A stretch of 64,000 nucleotides of DNA from an uncultured cyanobacterium. GTDB taxonomy: Bacteria; Cyanobacteriota; Cyanobacteriia; PCC-9006; JAAUQQ01. Shown piece by piece: positions 39,188-49,158 of this stretch (within the stretch, counting starts at the first letter, position 1; the number at the start of each line of letters is the position of its first letter). Where the stretch lies: positions 3,264,001 through 3,328,000 of the forward strand of contig OY970368.1 in assembly GCA_963718615.1 (NCBI GenBank), read 5' to 3'. The notes beneath the pieces are model-generated. The model was given only the letters and a program-made list of their open reading frames with translations, did no database searches and was not told where the DNA came from. A program made the position numbers and the translations under genes.

Positions 39188-40384
39188 ATGCAGATATCGA
39201 GTCGAAAAAAAATCGCCGTACTCTATCCTGCGTTTTTGGGGGGTGGAGCGGAAGCCGTTGGGCTTTGGATCTTAGAAGCCCTCAAAGATAAATATGAGGT
39301 CACGCTCTTCACCGTCGCGGGAATTGCCTTTGAGCGGCTCAATGCCATGTATGGGACCCATTTGTGCGATCGCACCATCCAGGTCAAGGCCCTCTTTCCC
39401 CGCTCCCGTGCTGGCTTCGTCAACGCTTGTATTGCAAACAACTGGCATATTCGCATGCTATTGTTTCACACCTTAATTCGCCAGCTCAAGGCACAGCAAT
39501 CTCAGTACGATACCTGCGTTTCGGCCTACAATGCCGTTGACTACGGCTTTAAGGATTGCCCCAGTCAAGGGATTAACTATATTCACTGGGTCAATGTTCT
39601 CGACAGCAGTCGGTTCTACAACTTAATTTCCGAGACCGACCCCGCCAGAATCAAACAGTATTGCAACCTGGCCAACTCAAAAATGGTTGCTGAGCGAATC
39701 CAGACGGTTTATGGCACGACGCCGGAACTGGTTTATCCGCCCGTGGTTATTGATGTCCAGGATGTACCCTGGGAAGAAAAGGAACATGCCTTTATTTGCA
39801 GTGGCCGGTTGACCCTCGCCAAGGAACCCCACAAAGTCATCGAAATTTTGCGACGGGTGCGCGATCGCGGTTTTAACATCAAACTCCACATGACCGCTGG
39901 CGGCGGCGGCGTCTATGCTTGGCAATACCGCAACCGCATTCGGAAGCTGGCCCAGGAGCATGGAGACTGGATCACGCTTTACGAAAACCTCAGCTATGCC
40001 GACTATGTCTCGGTGTTGTCAAAATGTCGGTATGGCATTCACTACAAAACCGAGCCCTTTGGGATTTCCATCGCCGAAATGATCAAAGCCGGAGCAATTC
40101 CCTTTGTGCGGAGTTTTGGCGGACAGGTCGAGATTGTGGGTGAACAGAATCAAGACCTGTTCTTCTTTGACCCCGACGAAGCGGTTGAAAAGATCGTTCG
40201 GGTTTTGGGCGATGAAGCCCTCCAGGGTCATCTGCGGGACGCCATGGACACCCAAAAAACCCTTTTTTCGACGGAACGGTTTATGGCGGAGTTTGAGCAG
40301 GTGGTCGATCGCCATCTCCATCCCGCACCTGCCCAGTGCGAGGAACTGCCTCCGGCCCCTCATCCGGTTGGGGCGGCTTCCTAG
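39188..40384 (+). CDS. GT4 glycosyltransferase (ALG11-like)
   Basis: GGGAEAV, ANSKMV, VYPPV, EPFGISIAEMIKAG. Confidence 0.88.
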   Translation: MQISSRKKIAVLYPAFLGGGAEAVGLWILEALKDKYEVTLFTVAGIAFERLNAMYGTHLCDRTIQVKALFPRSRAGFVNACIANNWHIRMLLFHTLIRQLKAQQSQYDTCVSAYNAVDYGFKDCPSQGINYIHWVNVLDSSRFYNLISETDPARIKQYCNLANSKMVAERIQTVYGTTPELVYPPVVIDVQDVPWEEKEHAFICSGRLTLAKEPHKVIEILRRVRDRGFNIKLHMTAGGGGVYAWQYRNRIRKLAQEHGDWITLYENLSYADYVSVLSKCRYGIHYKTEPFGISIAEMIKAGAIPFVRSFGGQVEIVGEQNQDLFFFDPDEAVEKIVRVLGDEALQGHLRDAMDTQKTLFSTERFMAEFEQVVDRHLHPAPAQCEELPPAPHPVGAAS

Positions 40385-40443
40385 GCGATCGCCCCCATCT
40401 ACGCAACTGTTGCGCTTTGAATCAGAACTAACCAGAACCCATC

Positions 40444-41379
40444 ATGAAGCTTTTCTTTTACCGACGCAGTGACGACCAGCCCAACTTTGGCGATGAGCTC
40501 AATCTCTGGCTCTGGGACAAAATTATGCCCGGAATACTCGACGAAGATGAATCCGCAGCCTTCTTTGGCATTGGCACCTTGCTCAACAATCTGGTGCGGG
40601 AGCGCGTTCCCAATGCCAAGCAAATTGTCGCCCTAGGCACTGGCGTGGGATACAACCGGGGTCTGCCCCAAGTGGATGATGCCTGGACAATTTATTGTTT
40701 GCGAGGACCTCTCTCGGCGTTGAAGCTGGGCTTAGATCCTAAAATCGCGATTACCGATGGAGCCGCATTGATTCGCCGAGTTTACAAACCAGAAGGCCGG
40801 AAGCTTCACAAGTTTTCCTACATTCCCCACTTCACCCAGTCGATTATTGCTGGAGAAGACTGGGAGGAAATTTGTGCCGAGCTTGGAATTCACTACATCG
40901 ACGCTCGCTGGCCGATTGAGCGGGTGCTCCAGGATCTCTGCGAAACCGAAGTGCTCTTGGCGGAAGCCATGCATGGTGCCATTATTGCCGATGCCCTGCG
41001 CACGCCTTGGATTCCCATCCAGACCAGCCAGTGGATTTTGCCGTCCAAATGGATTGACTGGACCATGTCCCTAGATATGCAGTTCCAGCCCCATCCCATC
41101 ACTGGATTAGAACCCATCCAACCCGAGTATGCACTCAAAAATATTCGGGGTCTCCAAGGCAGCCGCACAGCCTTGCGCAAGTCAGCCACCCGTTGGCTCA
41201 AAAAACAGCAGGCCAAAATTCAGATGGAAAGCATCATGAAGCACGGCAATCCCCAGCTCAGTGCCGATGCCTTGATCGAAAGCAAAACTTGCCAACTGGA
41301 AGAAAAGCTCGAACAGTTTAAGGCCGACGTCGCCGCAGGCCGTTTCCGGAGCGACAATCCCCAGTTGTCTTTGGTTTAA
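40444..41379 (+). CDS. Polysaccharide pyruvyl transferase family protein (ExoV-like)
   Basis: NFGDELN, GIGTLL, LRGPLSA, YIPH, AEAMHGAIIADALRTPW, KWIDW. Confidence 0.85.
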   Translation: MKLFFYRRSDDQPNFGDELNLWLWDKIMPGILDEDESAAFFGIGTLLNNLVRERVPNAKQIVALGTGVGYNRGLPQVDDAWTIYCLRGPLSALKLGLDPKIAITDGAALIRRVYKPEGRKLHKFSYIPHFTQSIIAGEDWEEICAELGIHYIDARWPIERVLQDLCETEVLLAEAMHGAIIADALRTPWIPIQTSQWILPSKWIDWTMSLDMQFQPHPITGLEPIQPEYALKNIRGLQGSRTALRKSATRWLKKQQAKIQMESIMKHGNPQLSADALIESKTCQLEEKLEQFKADVAAGRFRSDNPQLSLV

Positions 41380-41406
41380 TCTGGTTCTGAATCTTCTTGA
41401 AAATTA

Positions 41407-41442
41407 AAAAAGAGGGACATAGCGTACCATGTCCCTCTTTTT
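41407..41442. terminator. Bidirectional intrinsic terminator (REP-like stem)
   Basis: AAAAAGAGGGACAT-N8-ATGTCCCTCTTTTT between convergent genes. Confidence 0.8.
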
Positions 41443-41478
41443 GTTATTTAGATCTGAGTTTTTTAGATCTTAGAGTCC

Positions 41479-42456
41479 CTAGCTTCTCGGCGTCAGTTGA
41501 GGCAAGGCTGCCGCTGTTTCGTTAGCCGCACTTCCTTCTGCCGGAGCACCGATCGCCCGAACAACTTCCACGCCGGATTCTTCTAAAATCACCACCGGCT
41601 CCGAGCCATTCATTTCAATGCGCTTGACCAAAACGCGACCGTTGGAAAGCCGCTGTCCCGCCATGACATATCGGCTAGTGGGTTCCTCAGGAGCCTTGAC
41701 GATCGCCTGATAGCGAGAGCCAATCTGAATGACACCTGTGACTTCTACTGCCCTGGCTAGAGCCGGATCGGGAACCGGGTCGCGGGGGGAGAGATCCGGT
41801 AGGTCTGGAGCCTTGGCAATCGGGCCACTGGCACTGGCACCGCTGCCTCTAGAACTGCTGCCGGTGCTAGTTGTTTTAGCGCCCCCAGCAGTACCTGCCA
41901 CAGGCTGCCCACCAGAGGAGGTTGAGCCAGAAGAACCAGCGGCACCGCCAGAGCGGCTGACACTGCTCGAACTGCCACCGGCATTAGCTCCCACGGACCG
42001 AGTTTGATTGCCGCTAGCACGACCTGGATTACTGCCAACACCACCAGGGAAACGCTGCCCCCCGGTCGAGGAGGCGTTGCCTAGAGGAACGTTAAATCCC
42101 GTAGCACTGACGGCATCAGGCTCAGGAGGAACCGGACGCACTAGCACTACGCTGGGACCACTAAACGGATCTTGACGACCGCTGCCCACAGCCTTGATCC
42201 GCAAATTGGCATTGGTGGAAGGGATCAGTCCGGGTACCTGGGTTTCTGCCTGGGTAACGACCACGCCATCAGGGGTTGTAAAGACCTGTGAGGGGGGCGC
42301 ATCCTGCGGTTGAGTTGCCTCCGTTGTAGGGGGCGTTGCCACTTCCGTCCCCGGTGTTGCTGGTTCAATGGCCGTCGGCTCCTCGGGTGTACGATTACAG
42401 CCCGTGAGCGTTAGGACGATGAGACTGGCCAATGCGATCGCCGAATGTTTTTTCAT
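41479..42456 (-). CDS. Lipoprotein, possibly PilP-like
   Basis: Lipobox LTGC, GRQDPF, long G/S linker, C-terminal VEVTGVIQIGSRYQAIVKAPEE...YVMAGQRLSNGRVLVKRIE. Confidence 0.75.
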   Translation of the reverse strand: MKKHSAIALASLIVLTLTGCNRTPEEPTAIEPATPGTEVATPPTTEATQPQDAPPSQVFTTPDGVVVTQAETQVPGLIPSTNANLRIKAVGSGRQDPFSGPSVVLVRPVPPEPDAVSATGFNVPLGNASSTGGQRFPGGVGSNPGRASGNQTRSVGANAGGSSSSVSRSGGAAGSSGSTSSGGQPVAGTAGGAKTTSTGSSSRGSGASASGPIAKAPDLPDLSPRDPVPDPALARAVEVTGVIQIGSRYQAIVKAPEEPTSRYVMAGQRLSNGRVLVKRIEMNGSEPVVILEESGVEVVRAIGAPAEGSAANETAAALPQLTPRS

Positions 42457-42789
42457 CGTGGCTCCCCCACAATCTCCTCTGACCTTAAGAATAGCGTTTC
42501 TCTTTCGAAGCTGTGTTAATGCTTACCTGCTGTTCATGTAGGCGCTTATTATATGTGGCGCTTAAAGCATGTAGGCGCGTAAAGTTTAACAGGGAATGCC
42601 TCGGGTTGCCCTCGTTATTTCACTGCATTTTGTCCAGCGCCATCTCCTCAAGCGCTAATCCACGACCGGTCTGCCGCTGTTCCATAAATCCAGGCCATAA
42701 TTGAACTAGGCTATTCAAGCCTTCATCAATGTCAAGCACCTGTCACACTGGCTTTAGGTCCATTGCAGGATAGCAGTAAGGAGAGGGTT

Positions 42790-43068
42790 ATGGGCGATCG
42801 CGAAAAAAACGAAAAGCTACGGGATGACTTTCTCTATCCCACAACCAGTTATCAGGGCCCTTTTACGCCCCAGCAATTGACGTTTAATGCCAATCTCCAA
42901 GAGTTTGCGCAACGGGTTTCGCTGCTCTGCGGTTTGGAAACGGGCGGAAAAATTTCCACTGAAGATGCCTACACCCAGATCAAGCTTCTGTGGAAAATGC
43001 TGAAGAACTCAAAAAAAGAATTACTGGATCAAGCCCCTCCAGAGACGCCTGAATTGCCCGAATCCTGA
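42790..43068 (+). CDS. Small hypothetical protein (conserved cyanobacterial type)
   Basis: FLYP...YQGPFTPQQLTFNANLQEFAQRVSLLCGLETGGKIS. Confidence 0.8.
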   Translation: MGDREKNEKLRDDFLYPTTSYQGPFTPQQLTFNANLQEFAQRVSLLCGLETGGKISTEDAYTQIKLLWKMLKNSKKELLDQAPPETPELPES

Positions 43069-43073
43069 ACGGA

Positions 43074-44207
43074 TCAAGAGGAAACGCTGAAATAGTCCTT
43101 GACGATTTGGAGAATTCGCTGGGTGGCTAGGCCATCACCAAAGGGATTCGTTGCATTGGCCATGGCCCGGTAGGCCTCTGGATCGCTCAGCAGTTCCAAG
43201 GCGGCAGGCACCACCCTGGCAGGGTCAGTGCCTACTAATTTTGCGGTGCCTGCCATCACCGCTTCAGGACGCTCTGTCGTCTCTCGCAGCACTAAGACCG
43301 GTTTGCCAAGACCAGGGGCTTCTTCTTGAATGCCGCCGGAATCTGTCAGCAGGAGCGTACATCGCTGCATGGCACCGACGAGGGCAGGATAGTCTAGGGG
43401 CTCGGTCAAAAAGACGCGGGGATGTTCTCCCAGGGCTACTTGTAAGGGTTCGCGCACCAAAGGATTGCGATGCAAGGGCAGCAGCAGAGCAGTGTCGGGG
43501 ACTTTGTCGAGGATTTGGAGAAAGCTGGTGGCGATCGCCGCCAAAGGTTCTCCCCAGTTTTCACGACGATGAACGGTTGAAAGAATCACCCGATGTTGCT
43601 CCCAGTCCAATCCGGCGATCGAACAGTCAGGGGTTTGGGCCGCAACCGTTAGCAATGCATCAATCACCGTGTTACCGGTTTGGTAGAGATGTTCAACCAA
43701 ACCCGACTTTTTCAGATTGTCCACGGACAACGCCGTTGGGGCAAAATGCAGCTGGGCAATTTGCGAAACCAAGCGGCGATTGGCTTCTTCGGGATAGGGA
43801 TTAAATAAATGATCGGTGCGCAGGCCCGCTTCCACATGGCCCACCGGAATTTTTTGATAGAACGCCGCCAGGGCCGCCGCGAAGGCAGTGGTGGTATCGC
43901 CCTGAACCAAGACAATCTGAGGAGCCAGCTCTTGAAACAGCTTTTCGAGCCCCTGGAGACTGCGGCAGGTAATGTCGGTTAGCGTTTGCCCCGCTTGCAT
44001 AATCGCCAAGTCACGGTCGGCATTCAGGCCAAACCAATCCATAACTTGGGTGACCATTTCCCGATGTTGGCCAGTCAACACAACTTGGGTCTCGAAAGCC
44101 GGATCCTGCCGAAATTGTTGAATTACAGGGGCAAGCTTAATCGCTTCAGGTCGGGTACCGAGCGTAATGCAAACCCGAATTGGCTGGGACGGCGACAAAC
44201 CGGACAT
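43074..44207 (-). CDS. wecB: UDP-N-acetylglucosamine 2-epimerase (non-hydrolysing)
   Basis: GTRPEAIK, TGQHREM, VQGDT, HVEAGLRT, HRREN, TDSGGIQEEAP. Confidence 0.95.
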   Translation of the reverse strand: MSGLSPSQPIRVCITLGTRPEAIKLAPVIQQFRQDPAFETQVVLTGQHREMVTQVMDWFGLNADRDLAIMQAGQTLTDITCRSLQGLEKLFQELAPQIVLVQGDTTTAFAAALAAFYQKIPVGHVEAGLRTDHLFNPYPEEANRRLVSQIAQLHFAPTALSVDNLKKSGLVEHLYQTGNTVIDALLTVAAQTPDCSIAGLDWEQHRVILSTVHRRENWGEPLAAIATSFLQILDKVPDTALLLPLHRNPLVREPLQVALGEHPRVFLTEPLDYPALVGAMQRCTLLLTDSGGIQEEAPGLGKPVLVLRETTERPEAVMAGTAKLVGTDPARVVPAALELLSDPEAYRAMANATNPFGDGLATQRILQIVKDYFSVSS

Positions 44208-44248
44208 AAATCAACCATGGTGAAGGCCGATTCCCATCCTAACGAAAG

Positions 44249-44277
44249 ATAGGGACATGGCAATGCCATATCCCTAC
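44249..44277. repeat. REP-like palindrome / possible terminator
   Basis: ATAGGGACATGGCA-A-TGCCATATCCCTAC. Confidence 0.6.
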
Positions 44278-44315
44278 CCTTGATAAATTCAAAAAGATTC
44301 AAATAATTTAAGTCT

Positions 44316-44723
44316 CTACAGACCCGAATTGACTTCGCAGGTGAGCGGGCAAGAGGCGTAAACGGATTGGCTCTTGAGTGCAGCCTTACCGTTGAGCCAA
44401 GTCAGCCAGCTAACATCCTGGGGATGAATGCCTCGGAAGGTGAGGACAGCGGAGGCCATGATAATGCCAAGAAGATGAGAACCGAGGATCGCGCCACTCA
44501 CAACCAGAACTGCACTCATGGGCAGAACAGACTGGAGGGCGATCGCCGCCAAAGCGCTCACCGTGACCACAAGAATCAACAGGGGAAAGCCAATCACGAC
44601 CATACAAACGGTCAGGGCAAAAACCCACATCAAGAAACTTTTCAACCAAATTAATTGGCTGCCTCGATCAAATGTTGAACTCTCTAAATAGGCCATGACC
44701 ATCGCTCCTTGCCGGGAAATCAT
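44316..44723 (-). CDS. Hypothetical membrane protein
   Basis: Long hydrophobic core; RGIHPQDVSWLTWL...YASCPLTC C-terminus. Confidence 0.75.
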   Translation of the reverse strand: MISRQGAMVMAYLESSTFDRGSQLIWLKSFLMWVFALTVCMVVIGFPLLILVVTVSALAAIALQSVLPMSAVLVVSGAILGSHLLGIIMASAVLTFRGIHPQDVSWLTWLNGKAALKSQSVYASCPLTCEVNSGL

Positions 44724-44882
44724 CTTTTGTTACGGGGTTTCTCTGCAAACAGCCTAGGCTATTCACCCTGGGAAAAGGGAAGATATTTTAGGTAAGAGAG
44801 AAGACTAGCGTAACGCCGGATGGGTGTAGGACCTTCAGTATAGGGAGCAACTCCTGGGATTTCATCAAACGTTTATCAAAAT

Positions 44883-44904
44883 TTACGGAAAGGCTTTTCC
44901 GTAA
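44883..44904. promoter_or_regulatory. Inverted repeat in a divergent promoter region
   Basis: TTACGGAAA-GGCT-TTTCCGTAA with 9-bp arms. Confidence 0.45.
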
Positions 44905-45282
44905 CGTTTTCTTAACAAGAACAGCCAGATTTTACAGCCAAAACGGAAATAAGGTCAGCCAGCCCAAAACACTGTCAAGGTGTCCTGCGCAAGAACGTTG
45001 AATAGGCGATGGCTGAACGATGGCTGAACGGATGGCTGGATGCAGCTCCTACAGTACAAAGCCGGAACTATTAGAGGTTGGTCTAAAGCCAAGCCCTTGC
45101 GCTACAGTGGGATTGCTAAAGTGGAAATGATTCCGCTTTAGCTTAATTTTATTCAGCGGATACCCGGTTGGTTTCTGCTTTGTCTGGGCCATCTAGGGAA
45201 AAACTTCATCAAGTCTTGTGAAGCTTTTTCAGGGATCGGTGGTCAGAGATACAAAAAGTTTGGAGATTTAGAGGTCGATAAA

Positions 45283-45852
45283 GTGATGGAACGACAATCG
45301 ACAGCATCAGACCTTGCTCCTGACTGTGTCTCCGCAGCTCAATCCTCTCCGGTTCAGGGTTTGGAGGAAGCGGTGGCCAAATGTCAGGCCCTAGGCATGC
45401 GGATGAGCCGTCAGCGTCGCTACATTCTGGAATTGCTTTGGCAAACGCGCGAGCATTTATCCGCGAGAGAAATTTATGATCGCCTCAATCGCCAAGGGTG
45501 CGATATTGGCCACACGTCGGTTTATCAGAATTTAGAAGCGTTGTCGTCTCAAAATATTGTTGAATGTATCGATCGCGCCGACGGACGGCTCTATGGCAGC
45601 GTCAGCGATTCCCACAGCCATGTGAACTGTCTCGATACCCAGCAAATTTTGGATATTCATATTGCCTTGCCAGAGGCAATCCTCCAAGACATCGAAGCGC
45701 GGACGGGGGTTAAGATCGTGGACTATCGCATTGACTTTTTTGGCTATCAGCAAACCCCGCCAACGTCGGACCCTAAGGCGTTGCCGGCAGATACCCCGGA
45801 GACTTCTGAGGGTTTGTCGGAAACTCCGGCAAATGCTTTACCGGAGCTATAG
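45283..45852 (+). CDS. furC: Fur family regulator, FurC/PerR type
   Basis: GMRMSRQRRYIL, EHLSAREIYDRL, GHTSVYQNLEAL, DSHSHVNCLDT. Confidence 0.85.
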   Translation: MMERQSTASDLAPDCVSAAQSSPVQGLEEAVAKCQALGMRMSRQRRYILELLWQTREHLSAREIYDRLNRQGCDIGHTSVYQNLEALSSQNIVECIDRADGRLYGSVSDSHSHVNCLDTQQILDIHIALPEAILQDIEARTGVKIVDYRIDFFGYQQTPPTSDPKALPADTPETSEGLSETPANALPEL

Positions 45853-48800
45853 AGCGATGGTTTCATCCTCACTGGCCAGCCCCGCCTCTACGGGTTCCTG
45901 GGAAGCGGTCCAGCCGTTCGCCGGAGGTTCAGCCCTGGCTTGAGGTGCAGGGAGGGTTGCCGTAGTGGTTTCCTCTTCATCAAAGCGATAGCTACTGGTC
46001 GTATCCAGCGCCGATGCTGGGGGCTGTTCTGCGGAGAGTGTGGCCTCCTCCTCTGAAGCATGGGTGGCGAGGGGTCGGTCGGGCGTCGTGGATCGCGGTA
46101 GGCTGGCGGCTTCCTCCTGGACTAATTGCTGATAGACCTGATATTCCGTCATCGAGAAAAAGGCCCCGGATTGCTGGGCGATGGCGATCGCCGCTGCATC
46201 CAAGTGGGCATGGGCAACGCAGGCATTGCTCAGATTGACCCCCACCAGCGTCGCCCCCGTTAAGTCGGCATAGCGTAAGTCCGCACCCTGGAGATTGGTG
46301 CGACACAAAAGACTATGGCGCAGATTCGCCCGCTGAAGGTTGCAGCCAACGAGGTAGGCATCGGTCAAATCGGCCCCTTCCAAGTTGCTGCCGAGCCAAG
46401 CGGCATCTTCTGCTTGAATGCCCTGCAAATTGGCTCCGGCCAGCATGACTTGGTTGAGATGGGCTTTGGGCAAATGGAGCTGGGCCAAATGTTGACGGGC
46501 ATAGACCCAGAAGGCAAAGGGAGACAGAATGCTGGTGCGACCGATAAATTGACTCAGACGGTTGGGGTTATAGTCCGAGGAGCGCTGACTGTCACCGCAG
46601 GGACAGAAGCCAAAGGTCGATTCCTGGGCGATTCTGCACAGCAGCGTAAAGACATTTAGCCCCACAGCGGCATCCACTTGAAGCATGCTGAAGGGATTGT
46701 GGAGAACCCGGAGCATCTGGTGCGCCGTTTGGGGAATGCCCTCATCCAGCCAACGGCCTCGGCAGTAGTAACGATAAAACTCGTGGAGGCGATCGCTCAA
46801 AATCTCCAAAGAAACCCCCGGCGATTCCCGCTGCTGTTCCCGCCGCAACCGCTCCAAAATAAAGTTGACCAGACGCGGGGAGAGGGGGGCATGGCCCAAC
46901 AGTCGATAGAGATGGAGTGCCACCTGTTCGGCACTTTCTAGGGCAAAGGCTTCACCGTAGGGGGTTTGGATCCGTTGGGTGACCGTTTGGAGGGCGAGGG
47001 CGATCGCCTCCGCTCCGCTGTAATCCCCCAAAAAGGAATGGCGAAAAACCCAGCCCCGCTGCTTGGAAGCAAGGCTCTGTTCCCGGAAATAAAAGTTTGG
47101 TAAGGGCTGCTCCCAACTCCCCCCAGCCAGTTCACCACCGGACTCTGGCAAAAGATTATCCTCTGGGAGAACCGCTTCCTCTGCCCATTGGCCACGCCCA
47201 CTCTGGAGGATTCGGAGGGCCGCCCCTTGAATTTGCTGCCGCACTTGACGGGGCGATCGCCCCGCCAGCAAATTCGCCACCCCATCAGTGGAGCGGCTGG
47301 CATGGGCTGGTCCATTGCGGGACAGATCCGCCAGCAGACCGGGCTGGGGATAGGCATCGGTGGCTGCTCCCAAGAGCCAGGTCTGAAGCCGCTCGAAAAT
47401 TTCAAACTGGAGTGCCTCGACGGAAAGGGAAAAAATGCGCTCATCCAAAAATCCGTCCCGATGCAGCAAGGCCATGAGCAACAAGGTTGAGGGCCAATGG
47501 GCCAGCTCCTTGACCGCCGAATGGGACTGACCGCGAAAGGCTCCGCCTTTTTTGAGAAAGTTGAAATAGGATTGGGCGATCGCCTTGGTTTGCAAAATTG
47601 CCCAGTGGCGGAACCAGAGCTTCAGATCCGCTTGATCCATCGGTTGAATCTGAAGCCGAGGGTAGGACTGTTCCCACTGCATTTCGGGATGGGTTTTGAG
47701 CAGCGTAGCAAACAGTTCTGGCTGGCTGGTGAGCAAAATACGGTGACGTGGCACGCCTTTCTCATTGCGATAGCGATCCTGAAAAGCTTGAATCTGCCGC
47801 AGAAACCGCGAGAGCTGACCTTCTCCATCCGGACCGAGGGGCAATTCTTCTAGACCATCCAGAATCAGCACACAGGGGGGATTGTGGGCAGCGAGCCAGC
47901 TTTCTCGCTCCGTAAACAAACCGCTAGGAAGGGCCGGAGCCAAGGTTTCTTCCAGCGTCGCGCCCAGGAGCAGGCCCCGTAGCGAGATCACAATGGGCAT
48001 CCAATTGGGATAAAAATCCTGGGCCAACCGCACCGCAAACATTTGGCAAAAACAAGTCTTGCCCTGGCCCGCTTCAGCTTCCAAAATCGGAATTTCACCC
48101 GGCTTCACCAACTGTTCTGTGGCCCAGTCCAAGGCATCCTCAAGGGGCTCTGCTGGCAGGGAGGCCTTCGCCAGAGAACTATCAGGGCGATGGGTCGCAC
48201 CCAACCCAGCGGAGTCACCGGTCTTGAGCAGCCCCCGAGGCGGAATATAAAGATCCCGTAGACAAAACACCTGGCCCAACAGCGGCCCATTCAGGCTTTG
48301 CAGGAGCTGTGCCCGATAGAGCTCTTGCTGGGGCTCAATGGTGATGTGGGAAGACCGGCCTTCATCAATCAGCTCATAATCGCGGTCCGGCTGGGTAGGT
48401 CGGCTCCAGGTGGCCAGATGTCCCAATCGTACAAATTTTTGGAGTTGGGCCAGAGGGGTGGCATTTTCCGCGATCGTCGCCAGTAAATGCCCCACCAGTC
48501 CATGCTCCAACCGCTGGATCAACAGTTGAGCCTCCCGCTCCTCTGCCCCATTAAACGTCAGCCAAGTCACCATGACCTGCCGAATTTGCTGAACCAACAA
48601 CGACTGGGAACCCGAAACCAGCGCCTGCTCCGCCTGGGTATCCGTCAGCCGCTGGGGTCGTAAACTGGCAATGAGTGGAGTTAGGGGCGTCTGGGCCAAG
48701 GTTTCTTCCGATAGGGTTTGGGCTGCGGTAAGGGAAATCTGAGCGGCATCGAGCCAGGGGCGGTGGAGACTGGCCTCCTGGGTCAAGAGTTCGTCCAAGG

Positions 48801-49158
48801 CCCGCAAATAGGCAATCTGAAAACTTAGCCAAGTGCCTTCATTGCGTCTCAAGGGACGTTTGCGGCTGAGCTGCCGTAGCAATTGAGACGTCACCATCGC
48901 CAGAGGCTGGAGCATTGGCCAGGCTTGGGTAAAGGGTAGCTCTAATACCTCGGCCAAAACAGCAATGTCAAAAATGGTGCACTGACTCAAACCCATTTCC
49001 TGGGTAATGCGGGCCGCAATGCCCCGCAGCAAAGTGGTCTGCTCAGGCACCTGCCAGAAGGGAGCAGAGGTAGAAATCAGTTCGCTACTGTTGCTGGGCA
49101 AGGTCAACCCAAGCGAACTGCCATAGGTTCTGAGCCAATGGCAAATACTCAAGCCCAT
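45847..49158 (-). CDS. NACHT-type NTPase with C-terminal pentapeptide repeats
   Basis: Walker A AEAGQGKT, Walker B LILDGLEE, ILLTSQ, FRHSFLGDY, A(N/D)Lxx repeats. Confidence 0.85.
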   Translation of the reverse strand: MGLSICHWLRTYGSSLGLTLPSNSSELISTSAPFWQVPEQTTLLRGIAARITQEMGLSQCTIFDIAVLAEVLELPFTQAWPMLQPLAMVTSQLLRQLSRKRPLRRNEGTWLSFQIAYLRALDELLTQEASLHRPWLDAAQISLTAAQTLSEETLAQTPLTPLIASLRPQRLTDTQAEQALVSGSQSLLVQQIRQVMVTWLTFNGAEEREAQLLIQRLEHGLVGHLLATIAENATPLAQLQKFVRLGHLATWSRPTQPDRDYELIDEGRSSHITIEPQQELYRAQLLQSLNGPLLGQVFCLRDLYIPPRGLLKTGDSAGLGATHRPDSSLAKASLPAEPLEDALDWATEQLVKPGEIPILEAEAGQGKTCFCQMFAVRLAQDFYPNWMPIVISLRGLLLGATLEETLAPALPSGLFTERESWLAAHNPPCVLILDGLEELPLGPDGEGQLSRFLRQIQAFQDRYRNEKGVPRHRILLTSQPELFATLLKTHPEMQWEQSYPRLQIQPMDQADLKLWFRHWAILQTKAIAQSYFNFLKKGGAFRGQSHSAVKELAHWPSTLLLMALLHRDGFLDERIFSLSVEALQFEIFERLQTWLLGAATDAYPQPGLLADLSRNGPAHASRSTDGVANLLAGRSPRQVRQQIQGAALRILQSGRGQWAEEAVLPEDNLLPESGGELAGGSWEQPLPNFYFREQSLASKQRGWVFRHSFLGDYSGAEAIALALQTVTQRIQTPYGEAFALESAEQVALHLYRLLGHAPLSPRLVNFILERLRREQQRESPGVSLEILSDRLHEFYRYYCRGRWLDEGIPQTAHQMLRVLHNPFSMLQVDAAVGLNVFTLLCRIAQESTFGFCPCGDSQRSSDYNPNRLSQFIGRTSILSPFAFWVYARQHLAQLHLPKAHLNQVMLAGANLQGIQAEDAAWLGSNLEGADLTDAYLVGCNLQRANLRHSLLCRTNLQGADLRYADLTGATLVGVNLSNACVAHAHLDAAAIAIAQQSGAFFSMTEYQVYQQLVQEEAASLPRSTTPDRPLATHASEEEATLSAEQPPASALDTTSSYRFDEEETTTATLPAPQARAEPPANGWTASQEPVEAGLASEDETIAL

